Shown one piece after another: positions 54,742-64,000 of a stretch of DNA of 64,000 bases. The position numbers and the translations under genes are program-made. The DNA is taken from positions 74,307 to 138,306 of the forward strand of contig CAZMQV010000001.1 in assembly GCA_964568675.1 (NCBI GenBank), given 5' to 3'. Every line of letters begins with the position of its first letter. Within the stretch, counting starts at the first letter, position 1. The notes beneath the pieces were generated by a model. It worked only from the letters and a program-made list of their open reading frames with translations. It was not told where the DNA came from and ran no database searches. The DNA is from an uncultured Paludibacter sp. Its GTDB lineage: Bacteria; Bacteroidota; Bacteroidia; Bacteroidales; Paludibacteraceae.

Positions 54742-57700
54742 GTGCTGAGTGGCTTGCTGTATATTTTGTTAGGCAACAACAAAATGCAGAATTTCATTGC
54801 CGATAAACTGACACAAAGTCTTTCGGAAAAACTACACACCGAGGTCTCTGTTGGCGATGTGGATTATAAACTTTTCAATACATTCCAATTCAATCGACTT
54901 TATGTTGAAGACCTTCATCAGGATACCTTGTTGTATGTGGATAAAGCGTATGCCGATTTTGATTTATGGAAAATATTTAAGAAGAAACTGATCTTCAAAG
55001 AGGTGAAATTGGACGGTTTGCGTGGAAATCTGACCATTGATACAGCCGGAGTAAGCAATCTCGATTTTCTAATAAAGGCATTGGTGAAACCCCGCAAAGA
55101 TACGGTGTCTAATCCGCTTGAATTTAATTTTAGCAATATTCGGATTGTCAATTCTCAGTTTGCATTGAACAATCTTCGAAAACCGGGAAGAAAAGATAGC
55201 AGCGTGTTTGATGCCAATAGATTGCTATTTCGGGATATAAATACAAAGATTTCCGTATCCTATTTTCGGGCAGATTCATTGGCTACTACTATTCATTCGT
55301 TTAGCGCGGTCGAAAAATCGGGTCTGCGAATTGATAACTTAAGTACGAGCCTTACCGGATTAAAAACCGGATTTCGTTTTTCTGAGCTGAAAATTAAATT
55401 ACCAAACTCAAGTATCGTGCTTGATTCGGTGCGGATGGAATACGATAGCATTGCCTGCATGCGCGATATAATGAATAAGGTGAAATGGACTGCAAAAATC
55501 AAGCCTTCTGAAATAGCATTGAACGACTTGAGCGCATTTGTCCCCAATTTTTCGCGAATCAATAGTCCAATATCGGTGAGTGGAAAACTGAATGGTAGAA
55601 TTTCCAGTTTCAGATTGAAGGAACTGGACATTCACTACCGTAATTCAATAGCATTGAAAGCTGATATTGATCTGAATGGCGTTGCCAAGTTGGATGAAAC
55701 ATTTCTTTATGCGAATATAAAAGATTTTAGAGTAAACAAAGGAGAAGCGCAGGATCTTATTGCGCGCATTATGGGCAAACCCTTTGTTTTGCCTAAAGAA
55801 CTCGCCCGATTGGGCACTGTGAAATACAACGGTAATGTGAGTGGGTTCTTCAGCAATTTGGTGAGTTACGGCACTATCACCACCGATGCGGGTGTGGTTA
55901 AAACTGATATTCTGTTGAAGTTGGAAAATAAAATGCAGGATCTGCGGTATAATGGAACCATTCAATCAAATAGTTTTCAACTTGGCAATCTGTTGGCGAA
56001 TAAAACTCTCGGAAAAACCGCGTTTAAGATTACGACAGATGGAGCTAAAAGAGCCAAAAAGAGTTTTCAGGGTAGCATTCGTGGCGATGTCCCACTGATT
56101 TTTCTAAATAAATATACTTATCAAAATATAAAACTTGATGGAGAATATGATGGTACCGGTTTCGAAGGTGATTTGACGATTAATGACCCGAATCTGAATG
56201 CCAATTTTAGTGGTGTGATTGATATGACTCGGAAGCTTCCACTCTTTAATTTTGACTTGAAGGTAGATAACGCCGATTTGAACGCGATAAGACTAATAAA
56301 TAAATATGAAAGTTCAACGCTAAGATTTAAGGGCAATGCCAATCTGGTGGGAAATTCGCTGGATAATCTTAATGGATTTTTGCTGCTTGATAGCATTCAG
56401 TTTGTCAACAAAGACAAAGAGTTGACAATGGAGTTGTTGCTACTTGAGTCGGAGATGGGTGAGAAGTCCAGGTTCACAATCACTTCCGATTTGTTAACCG
56501 CAAAGTTTGATGGAAAGTTTAAGTATAGCACCATTGCTCAAAGCGTGGCGTCGTTAGTTCAAAAGTACCTCCCGTCGCTTTCTGGTGAAAATGTGATAAA
56601 AAGCAAGAAAAAATTAGCTAATAACAACCTCATCAATATCGATCTGAAAATTAACGACACCAAGCGTCTTGTTGATTTGTTGGAACTCCCGTTGGCGCTC
56701 GAAGGTACAACCCTGATAAACGGAGTGATTGACGATGAAAACGATTCGCTTCGTTTGGAAGCGATGACGCCTTTTTTTGTTTTTGGGAAACAAAAAATTG
56801 AAAATCTTCGTCTAAAACTGGATAATCATAACAAGCAACTTAATCTGGCTGCGATTGGTCGATACAATATGCCGAAGGATGTTGTTGATCTGCGTGTGCA
56901 GCTTTCTGCTTTGAGCGACTCGCTCTATACTCAGGTGGCTTGGCATAATAACGATTCGGTGAATTTTTCGGGTGAATTGCAGGCATTGACCAAAGTGAAA
57001 AAAGAGAATAATCTTACATCGGCAGTAGTATCGGTTAGACCTACCCAGATAATGCTATTCGATTCAATTTGGGACGTGAAAGCCTCCACCATTGTGCTTA
57101 ATCCTGACACTACGATTGATGTACAGAAATTTCGCCTCGAAAATAAAAATCAATATGTTTTGCTTGATGGAGTTGCCTCAAAAAATATGGATGATGTACT
57201 AAATGTTGAGATTGATAATATAGATGTCGGTTTTGTTTTGGATTTACTCCATCTGACGTCGGTGTCCATCAAAGGAAAAGCTTCGGGTATTGTAGGAGTA
57301 AGCGGATTGCTAAAAAAACCGGTTTTGGAGTCGAATCTGTATGTGAAGAATGCCGAACTAAACAATACGCCTATTGGCAACGCGTCGATATATTCGGGTT
57401 GGAGTCCCGGTGATAGTGAATTGTTGGTGTCAGGAGCTTTTCTTGAAGGAAAAGATACCATTGCACTTGCAGGCGGTTCCTATTCGTTTGCATCCGACTC
57501 AGTCAATTTTGTTTTTGATGCCAATAAATTAGAAATTGGTTTTTTAAGTCGTTGGTTGGGTGAGATAGCACAAAACATCAAAGGCAAAGCTACGGGGTCG
57601 GTACGGATGTTTGGACCAACCAAAAAAATAGGATTTGAAGGTAAGGTTTTTGCGGATGAAGCGTCAGCTACAATTGATTTCCTAAAAACAACATATAGTT

Positions 57701-59193
57701 TTTCCGACACCGTATATTTGCAACGCCGTTCGATAGCGTTGAAAAATGTGAAGATAAGGGATGCCGAAAATAATACCGGTACCTTAACAGGAGTATTCTC
57801 TCATAATGGTAATTTTAAAGATATAAATTACGACTTCAAGATAAAGGCAAAAAACATGCTTGCCCTGAATACGAAATCGACAGATAATGACATTTTTTAT
57901 GGAAAGGCTTATGCCTCGGGCGATGTACACTTACACGGAACTGATATTGCAACCAATATTGATGTTGATGTGAAATCACAGCCTAAAACCAAAGTATATA
58001 TTTCGGTAGGAGGCGCCGCTGTTGCAAATGAAAATGATTTTATAAATTTTGTTCAAAAAGACACGGTGGTTATTGCGAAAACTCTTCCATCGAAAACTGT
58101 TAGAACTACTCCGCTGAATTTGAGTATGAATCTTGATGTTACTCCTGATGCGGAGATACAATTGATAATCAGTCCTCAGGCTGGAGATATGATAGCTGCA
58201 AATGGAACAGGCAGCTTGCGGATGCTTATGAATGGCGATGAAGATATGAAAATGTACGGCGGTTTCACTATCGAAAAAGGTAATTATCTATTCACTCTTG
58301 AAAATCTTATACGCAAGCAATTCAAGATAGAGGAGGGAGGTACGATTACCTGGTCGGGCGATCCCATGCGCGCGCAATTGGATATACGAGCAATTCATTC
58401 GCTCACAGCTTCGCTCTATGATTTGATGTCAGAAGATATTTTGAAAACGACGGATCGCACCAGTGTGCCGGTCAATGCGACACTTCATCTGACAGACGAA
58501 ATGATGACACCGAATATTCGTTTTGATGTTGATTTGCCTTCGAGCGATGAAACATTGAAAATGCAGGTGCGAAATCTGATAAATACCGAAGAAATGATGA
58601 ACCGACAAATGGTGTATTTGCTTCTTTTTGGGAAATTCTATACACCGGAGTATAATCGGAGTTCGCCGGATTTGGCAAATAGTACTTTTAATAATTTTTC
58701 GTCATTGGCTTCCAGCGCCGCTTTGGGGCAGGTAAATAATTATTTGTCGCAATTGATCACCAATCTGTCGTTTGGACTAAATGTGCGCAGCACCGGTTAC
58801 GGTGAGCAAGCAGCTCAAGAGTATGAAACTGCCATTAAGTATCAGCCAAACAATCGTTTGATTGTGAATGGAAACTTTGGTTATCGCAACGATGAATTTG
58901 CGCGAAATAAAATCATTGGAGATGTGGATATCGAATATCTGCTCACACAAAATTCGAAATGGCGGCTGAAAGCTTTCAACCACACCGTTGATCGCTATTC
59001 GCTTAAGTCAGCACCCTTTATTCAGGGTTTGGGTATCATGTATAAAGAAGATTTCAACTCGTGGAGTGATTTAATGTATCGTTTCAGACAAATAGGCAAG
59101 ACTTCGAAAACCGAAAATGAAAACCCCATGGAAGAAAGGATTACAGAAACGGGAAAATCAGACTCAATTATTAAACAAGACAATGAGAAATAA
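54742..59193 (+). CDS. tamB: TamB/AsmA-like translocation and assembly module protein (DUF490 C-terminus)
   Basis: 1483 aa. N-terminal TM anchor, long beta-rich repetitive body, and a conserved C-terminal region (GTGSLRMLMNGDEDMKMYGGFTIEKGNYLFTLE...ITWSGDP...LDIRA). The start is uncertain (see finding). A TACTTTTG box lies at 54664-54671. Confidence 0.85.
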   Translation: MLSGLLYILLGNNKMQNFIADKLTQSLSEKLHTEVSVGDVDYKLFNTFQFNRLYVEDLHQDTLLYVDKAYADFDLWKIFKKKLIFKEVKLDGLRGNLTIDTAGVSNLDFLIKALVKPRKDTVSNPLEFNFSNIRIVNSQFALNNLRKPGRKDSSVFDANRLLFRDINTKISVSYFRADSLATTIHSFSAVEKSGLRIDNLSTSLTGLKTGFRFSELKIKLPNSSIVLDSVRMEYDSIACMRDIMNKVKWTAKIKPSEIALNDLSAFVPNFSRINSPISVSGKLNGRISSFRLKELDIHYRNSIALKADIDLNGVAKLDETFLYANIKDFRVNKGEAQDLIARIMGKPFVLPKELARLGTVKYNGNVSGFFSNLVSYGTITTDAGVVKTDILLKLENKMQDLRYNGTIQSNSFQLGNLLANKTLGKTAFKITTDGAKRAKKSFQGSIRGDVPLIFLNKYTYQNIKLDGEYDGTGFEGDLTINDPNLNANFSGVIDMTRKLPLFNFDLKVDNADLNAIRLINKYESSTLRFKGNANLVGNSLDNLNGFLLLDSIQFVNKDKELTMELLLLESEMGEKSRFTITSDLLTAKFDGKFKYSTIAQSVASLVQKYLPSLSGENVIKSKKKLANNNLINIDLKINDTKRLVDLLELPLALEGTTLINGVIDDENDSLRLEAMTPFFVFGKQKIENLRLKLDNHNKQLNLAAIGRYNMPKDVVDLRVQLSALSDSLYTQVAWHNNDSVNFSGELQALTKVKKENNLTSAVVSVRPTQIMLFDSIWDVKASTIVLNPDTTIDVQKFRLENKNQYVLLDGVASKNMDDVLNVEIDNIDVGFVLDLLHLTSVSIKGKASGIVGVSGLLKKPVLESNLYVKNAELNNTPIGNASIYSGWSPGDSELLVSGAFLEGKDTIALAGGSYSFASDSVNFVFDANKLEIGFLSRWLGEIAQNIKGKATGSVRMFGPTKKIGFEGKVFADEASATIDFLKTTYSFSDTVYLQRRSIALKNVKIRDAENNTGTLTGVFSHNGNFKDINYDFKIKAKNMLALNTKSTDNDIFYGKAYASGDVHLHGTDIATNIDVDVKSQPKTKVYISVGGAAVANENDFINFVQKDTVVIAKTLPSKTVRTTPLNLSMNLDVTPDAEIQLIISPQAGDMIAANGTGSLRMLMNGDEDMKMYGGFTIEKGNYLFTLENLIRKQFKIEEGGTITWSGDPMRAQLDIRAIHSLTASLYDLMSEDILKTTDRTSVPVNATLHLTDEMMTPNIRFDVDLPSSDETLKMQVRNLINTEEMMNRQMVYLLLFGKFYTPEYNRSSPDLANSTFNNFSSLASSAALGQVNNYLSQLITNLSFGLNVRSTGYGEQAAQEYETAIKYQPNNRLIVNGNFGYRNDEFARNKIIGDVDIEYLLTQNSKWRLKAFNHTVDRYSLKSAPFIQGLGIMYKEDFNSWSDLMYRFRQIGKTSKTENENPMEERITETGKSDSIIKQDNEK

Positions 59194-59839
59194 AATTGCA
59201 ATAGTAGCTTTTACCTTGATTTGTAGTGTGTCTTTGTCAATGCAAGCACAGGATGTCATTAAATCCTTTATCGATATGCCCGGTAATTTGTTGCCGACAT
59301 TTGATAAAACATTAAAGCTGGAACTGGTAGAAAATTATATAAAAAACAATAGAAAAGATTCGGTTGTAAATTCATTTGGTGGCAAGGCGAGGATGATAGC
59401 GCTGGATACTTTGTCGAATTACCTGCAGATTCAGCCCACTTCCATATCGCGGATGGAACTGAAGATTTTTGAAAGAGAAGATAAAACGTGGATTGTGGGG
59501 ATAATTAATACGGTGTGCTCTCCCATTTGTAGTTCCTATATCAATTTCTATGATTCGAATTGGAATGAAATTGATGTGAAACTACCCGAAATAAAAATTG
59601 AGAAGTGGTTCAATAAATCTGCGGAAAGTAATGTGGACTTAAATAAGAAGATTCGGGTATTTTTCTATGAATTACGGTTTTCACCCAATAAGACACATAT
59701 TGAAGTATTAAACAATAGCTTACTTTATTTGGGAGAAGAAGATCAGCTGAAGCTTAAAGATTGTTTTAAGCCCGGTGTAGTCTTAATGGAATGGGATTTG
59801 AAAGCTAATTGGAAATACCTTTCGGACGATAAGCAATAA
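59183..59839 (+). CDS. Secreted protein of unknown function (DUF3256-like)
   Basis: 218 aa from the ATG at 59183, with signal peptide MRNKIAIVAFTLICSVSLSMQAQ. The start overlaps the tamB stop by 11 nt. The ORF-track start at 59117 lies inside tamB. Confidence 0.65.
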   Translation: MRNKIAIVAFTLICSVSLSMQAQDVIKSFIDMPGNLLPTFDKTLKLELVENYIKNNRKDSVVNSFGGKARMIALDTLSNYLQIQPTSISRMELKIFEREDKTWIVGIINTVCSPICSSYINFYDSNWNEIDVKLPEIKIEKWFNKSAESNVDLNKKIRVFFYELRFSPNKTHIEVLNNSLLYLGEEDQLKLKDCFKPGVVLMEWDLKANWKYLSDDKQ

Positions 59840-59904
59840 ACCGATTAACTCGGAATACTTTAAGTTTTCCGAAAATGATTTTTATCCAAACATATTAACA
59901 GTTT

Positions 59905-60921
59905 ATGACGACACAACCGCTTGTTTCGATAATTACTCCTACTTACAATCACGAAGCGTACATCGCCGACTGTATTAATTCAGTAATTTGTCAGACTTAC
60001 GAAAATTGGGAGATGATAATCGTTGACGATGGAGGTACGGACAAAACCCTTGAAATAGCACGTCGGTTTGCCGCATCCGATGGTCGAATTAAAGTTTATA
60101 CACAAAAGAATGTGGGAATTTTTAGGTTAAGCGAAACCTATAATTTTGCGGTGTCCGTGTCATCTGGTAAGTACATTGCTGTACTCGAAGGTGATGATGT
60201 TTGGACATCCAATAAATTGTTACTTCAGATAGGAGCAATGGAAAAGCAGCCAGATGCAGTGTTGTGTTGGGGACGCGCTTACAGCTCTACAGCCAATTTG
60301 TCGTCAAATTACCGCCTCTTTCCTCTTGAAGATAAAAGCCGGGATGTGTATAACAATACTCCGCGATATGAGGCGTCAAAACACTTGATTTTGAGCTGTT
60401 TCATCCCTGCACTCACCGTGATGATTCGTCGTGAGGCACTTCAAAAAGTAGGTGGATTTCTTCAAATACACCATTTGCCATTGGTGGATTTGCCTACCTG
60501 GCAGCAGTTGTCGCTCGCTGGTTCATTTATTTATATTCCGGAATTGCTGGGACATTGGCGCATCTATCCCAATCAGGTAACCAAAACTTTTGCTGTGGAA
60601 ATGGTCGAGGGATTTTACAAACTGGCAATTGATTTTTACACCCAATGCAAACCACTCGGGATATTTGAAGAAGATGACTACAACCGCATCGTGAAACATT
60701 ATATGAAAATGCACGTCATAAGCTTCTCGCGTTCGGGACGATACAAACTCATTCGAAAAGATTTTGCAGGGGCGCGCAAAGACTATAAGAAGTCAATTCT
60801 GAGTTTTGGATGGAATGAGCCTATCTGGAAATTACGCTCTTTGGTAGGAATCATTTTTAGTTATATGAAAACCGATATCGAAAGTTTTGCCAAAAAACTT
60901 GGGCGCGTGAGCTACAAGTGA
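59905..60921 (+). CDS. GT2-family glycosyltransferase
   Basis: 338 aa. VSIITPTYNHEAYI, IIVDDGGTD, LEGDDVW (DxD-like). Confidence 0.85.
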   Translation: MTTQPLVSIITPTYNHEAYIADCINSVICQTYENWEMIIVDDGGTDKTLEIARRFAASDGRIKVYTQKNVGIFRLSETYNFAVSVSSGKYIAVLEGDDVWTSNKLLLQIGAMEKQPDAVLCWGRAYSSTANLSSNYRLFPLEDKSRDVYNNTPRYEASKHLILSCFIPALTVMIRREALQKVGGFLQIHHLPLVDLPTWQQLSLAGSFIYIPELLGHWRIYPNQVTKTFAVEMVEGFYKLAIDFYTQCKPLGIFEEDDYNRIVKHYMKMHVISFSRSGRYKLIRKDFAGARKDYKKSILSFGWNEPIWKLRSLVGIIFSYMKTDIESFAKKLGRVSYK

Positions 60922-60923
60922 TT

Positions 60924-62075
60924 TCAGGATTCTATTGTTTGAGCATAAACCGACGAAATTCGTTTGCTTATCGCTTCTAAACTAAAACGATCGCTGATTT
61001 TTCTGGCGATTAATCGCCTGTCGAATTGCATGTTGACAGCATTGCTAATTGCAGTTTCCCATGCTTCTGACGTGTTTTCGCATAAAATACCATTATCGGT
61101 ATCAATTAATTCGGGGAGCGCGCCGGTGTTGGAGCAAATCACCGGCAACCCACATGCCAATGCTTCGGCTACAACAATACTGAAGGTCTCGACGTGGCTG
61201 GCATGTACAAAAAACTTGGACTTGCGCAGTATTGTCGCTATTTTTTCTTTCGGTAAAAATCCCGTGAATTGAGTATTAAGGCCTTTTTGAGCACAAAGTT
61301 TTCGCAGATCCGGCACTTTGTCACCTCCGCCAATCATTATCAGATTTATCTTTTTATCAACTTTGTTTTGAAGCGCAGCCAGCGCGTCAATAAAAAGTTC
61401 GGGCATTTTATCCGGTTTCTTTTTGTGCATCCAAGTGGCTACCGCGCAAAAAGTAAGTGTTTCTTCATCCACTTTTTCTTCGGTGTAGTTGAATATATTT
61501 GTATCCACAACATTGCCGATAACCTGAAATTGTTTATCGGGAAGCGATGATATGTGCGTTTGAATTTTGTTTTTCAAAAACAACGACACAGGCATAATCG
61601 CTTTCGCGGCATTATATGCATTTTTTGCCTTTGTGAAATACATACTTCTTGAAAAGTCATCGAGCCTGCTCCAATGTTCGGTAATCACATGAGGAATGTT
61701 GAATTTCCTCGCGATTTTATCACCCCAGATTCCTGCCGGATAAATTACGTGTGAATGCACTAAATCGGGTTTTCCGGATATAGATAGTGAGTGTTTTAGA
61801 AGTTTTTGTAGTAGAAAATACTGCAACATTGGTAAATGATAAAATAAATCTTTGAATCTCGAATGTAGTTCGCATTGTGTTAGATTAATCCCGTTTTCAT
61901 CCGTGTGTTGATATATTCTTCTCTTAAATAACGATTGAGAATAGTGAAGTGAGAGGGAAAGAACTTGTACGTTATGTCCGGCAAGAACTACCGCGCGCGC
62001 ATGTTCCCTAACAAAGATTCCGAAAAATTTCTGTGATTGATTGGGATACCATTGTGTAACAAAAAGTACTTTCAT
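60924..62075 (-). CDS. GT4-family (GT-B) glycosyltransferase
   Basis: 383 aa. The C-terminal EX7E-type region is HASHVETFSIVVAEALACGLPVICSNTGALPELI. Confidence 0.85.
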   Translation of the reverse strand: MKVLFVTQWYPNQSQKFFGIFVREHARAVVLAGHNVQVLSLSLHYSQSLFKRRIYQHTDENGINLTQCELHSRFKDLFYHLPMLQYFLLQKLLKHSLSISGKPDLVHSHVIYPAGIWGDKIARKFNIPHVITEHWSRLDDFSRSMYFTKAKNAYNAAKAIMPVSLFLKNKIQTHISSLPDKQFQVIGNVVDTNIFNYTEEKVDEETLTFCAVATWMHKKKPDKMPELFIDALAALQNKVDKKINLIMIGGGDKVPDLRKLCAQKGLNTQFTGFLPKEKIATILRKSKFFVHASHVETFSIVVAEALACGLPVICSNTGALPELIDTDNGILCENTSEAWETAISNAVNMQFDRRLIARKISDRFSLEAISKRISSVYAQTIES

Positions 62076-62140
62076 CAGATGTTATTTTGAAATTCAATCT
62101 TTTTTCTTTTTACGATAACTCGATAAGTTCGGATGTTGTA

Positions 62141-63616
62141 TTAATCCTTATTCACGTTACGGAATCTGTTTTTGAGTAATGGGATATTGTCGATAACAAA
62201 ATTAATAAATCTATTGTACAAATCTCGGTAAAAAAATCGAATTATTGCGAAATAAAGCGAGAGAGCCAATATGAATTGAATACACAAGGTAGGAATCACC
62301 GAGAGATGCAACCAATTTATCGGAAAAATCGCCCCGCCAATTATTAAGCCAATTATTATACCCGGGATAATATTAGCCAATTGATTGCGGAAAGTCAATT
62401 TCAACTCTTTTTTCACAAACCAAACCGAAACGGGATAGGCGAGAAGCGAGCCGATGACAAAAGCCCAAAGCATAAAGCTAATACCTTGTTTGTAAAGAAA
62501 AAATATACCAACGGCTACCACTATTTTTTTTATCAGTTCGATAGCCATGGTGTTTGACGATTTCCCTCGCGCATTCAACGCGTTGATATTCATAACGTAA
62601 AATGGTGCCAAAATCGACGCCAGGCTCATTAACTGAAAATAACTGACGGCGGGAAGAAATTTGTCGGTCCAAAGTAGCGTGATAAGAGGCGTAGCAATAG
62701 CAATCAAAATACTCACAATGGGGATGCTTACTACCGATGTGCGACGTGTCATTTCACCCAGAATTCGTCCAAAACGGGGCAGGTCGTTCTGAAGTTGTGC
62801 GAAAAGCGCGAAAGTGCTTCCGGCGAATATTGATTGAAAGGTATAACTGAATGTTTCGGATAGCTTATTCCCTTGCGTGTATTGCCCCGTTTCGGCTTTG
62901 CTATATGAGCGTCCAAGTATAATTACAAAAATATTGTTGAATAATACATTGACTAACGAAGTGAAAAGGATGTTCAGACTATATTTCCAAAGTTCGCGAA
63001 TTACTCCGAATTGAAACCTGCCACTTGGTTGCCATCTGACAAATGCATGAAGTAATATCAGCTTGATTATCTGATAGGTAAGTTGCTGGACTACCAGCGC
63101 CCAAACTCCAAATTTCAAAAATGCCGCGATGATACCCAGAATAGCGCCGGTAGTTATCGCAATCATATTTACTTTCGAAATGGTTTTGAAGTCCAAAGCC
63201 CGTCCGAGAGTGGAATAGGGGATAAGGTACAATGAATTGACAATGACAGCCAACGACATCACCCGGATGAGGGGTGAAAGATGTGGTTGATGGAAGAATG
63301 TGGAAATAAGTGGCGCGGTGAAAAATAGAATAAGATAAAGCGCGAAAGCCGTAGCCAGATTAAAATAAAAAACAGAAGTGTAATCCGTATTACTGATGTT
63401 AGTTTTCCGAATTAATGCCTGTCCAAATCCGCTTTCGACTAAAATAAGTGAAATGGCGACAAAAATCATAATTATACCCATCAAACCGAAGTCTTCGGGG
63501 AAAAGCAGGCGCGCAAATACCAGTCCGGCCAGAAACTGTATCAGTTGCTGGCCGAATTTTTCGATCGTGCTCCAGGCTACGGCGCTAATCATCTTTTGTT
63601 TTAGCGTATCGCTCAT
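62141..63616 (-). CDS. Wzx-like oligosaccharide flippase (MOP superfamily)
   Basis: 491 aa, about 12-14 TM. The N-terminal segment AWSTIEKFGQQLIQFLAGLVFARLLFPEDFG is typical of polysaccharide-biosynthesis flippases. Confidence 0.85.
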   Translation of the reverse strand: MSDTLKQKMISAVAWSTIEKFGQQLIQFLAGLVFARLLFPEDFGLMGIIMIFVAISLILVESGFGQALIRKTNISNTDYTSVFYFNLATAFALYLILFFTAPLISTFFHQPHLSPLIRVMSLAVIVNSLYLIPYSTLGRALDFKTISKVNMIAITTGAILGIIAAFLKFGVWALVVQQLTYQIIKLILLHAFVRWQPSGRFQFGVIRELWKYSLNILFTSLVNVLFNNIFVIILGRSYSKAETGQYTQGNKLSETFSYTFQSIFAGSTFALFAQLQNDLPRFGRILGEMTRRTSVVSIPIVSILIAIATPLITLLWTDKFLPAVSYFQLMSLASILAPFYVMNINALNARGKSSNTMAIELIKKIVVAVGIFFLYKQGISFMLWAFVIGSLLAYPVSVWFVKKELKLTFRNQLANIIPGIIIGLIIGGAIFPINWLHLSVIPTLCIQFILALSLYFAIIRFFYRDLYNRFINFVIDNIPLLKNRFRNVNKD

Positions 63617-63687
63617 GCTTATGCTTTGTGTTGCCTTTTCGGGTGCCTGTAATTTTTTACTTATTTGAATTTAGTGAAACGCGGCGG

Positions 63688-64000
63688 TTACGATTTCTGT
63701 TCAAGTAATTCGGCTATCTTTACTATCACTCCCATCGCCTTTTCCATATTCTGGATAGGTAAATACTCAAATCGTCCGTGGAAGTTATGTCCTCCGGCAA
63801 AAATATTGGGGCAAGGTAAACCCTCAAACGAAAGTCGTGCGCCATCAGTGCCACCACGTATCGGCTTCACGATAGGTTCAATGCCATTTGCAGTCATCGC
63901 TTCGAATGCCAAATCGACGATGTGCATCACCGGTTCTACTTTTTCACGCATATTATAATATTGATCGCGTATTTCTACCGAAGCTGTATTCTCGCCAAAT
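63688..64000 (-). CDS. pepT: Peptidase T (tripeptide aminopeptidase), C-terminal part; gene continues past the window end
   Basis: The frame is open to base 64000 (..[23 protein letters not shown]...). [35 protein letters not shown] matches the PepT C-terminus. Confidence 0.85.
   Translation of the reverse strand, partial: FGENTASVEIRDQYYNMREKVEPVMHIVDLAFEAMTANGIEPIVKPIRGGTDGARLSFEGLPCPNIFAGGHNFHGRFEYLPIQNMEKAMGVIVKIAELLEQKS

Noticed and set aside
1-64000. Genomic island, mobile element, prophage or defence system (integrase, transposase, RT, restriction/Abi/TA modules, tRNA attachment sites)
   Set aside because: No translated ORF shows integrase, transposase, reverse-transcriptase, nuclease-helicase or toxin-antitoxin signatures, and no tRNA-like sequence (GTTCGAATC-type T-loop in context) was seen. 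The two AT-rich islets (14.2-16.4 kb and 39.9-41.8 kb) lack identifiable boundaries.

Overview
This is a chromosomal segment of a Bacteroidota (Bacteroidales-like) genome. The taxonomic call rests on three things: abundant TAnnTTTG -7 promoter boxes, no Shine-Dalgarno sequences, and gene families typical of the phylum (DUF4199, DoxX/MauE-Trx BT_3928-type, PG0541-type PII-like protein, the tsaD/tamB divergent pair). About 53 protein genes are supported, mostly core metabolism and envelope functions. Metabolism and information processing: HU, RNase G, methylmalonyl-CoA mutase mutA/mutB, transketolase, pgi, gpsA, lysS, tpiA, butyrate kinase, trxB, nth, ftsK, tsaC/tsaD. Envelope: a TetR-TolC-MFP-RND efflux operon, a Wza/Wzc export pair, a GT2/GT4/Wzx glycan module and TamB. 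I saw no rRNA, tRNA, CRISPR array, integrase, transposase or recognisable defence system. Six points are not explained by routine annotation. (1) An isolated orphan gene (40438..41178, an internally duplicated helical protein) sits between two long G-poor noncoding tracts. (2) The downstream tract holds about 12 degenerate repeats in perfect 21-bp register between two convergent terminators. (3) A UbiA prenyltransferase plus CPBP (CAAX-protease family) cassette splits mutA from mutB. (4) A full-length OvoA (ovothiol) synthase occurs in an organism whose gene content looks fermentative. (5) An APH-fold kinase is fused to a RapZ C-terminal domain. (6) Smaller items: a 29-aa polybasic bS22-type gene below the ORF-track size cutoff, an orphan mini-exosortase, and a roughly 1-kb low-coding gap with 21-bp-spaced direct repeats. 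All functional calls come from motif recognition in the translations. No database search was run.
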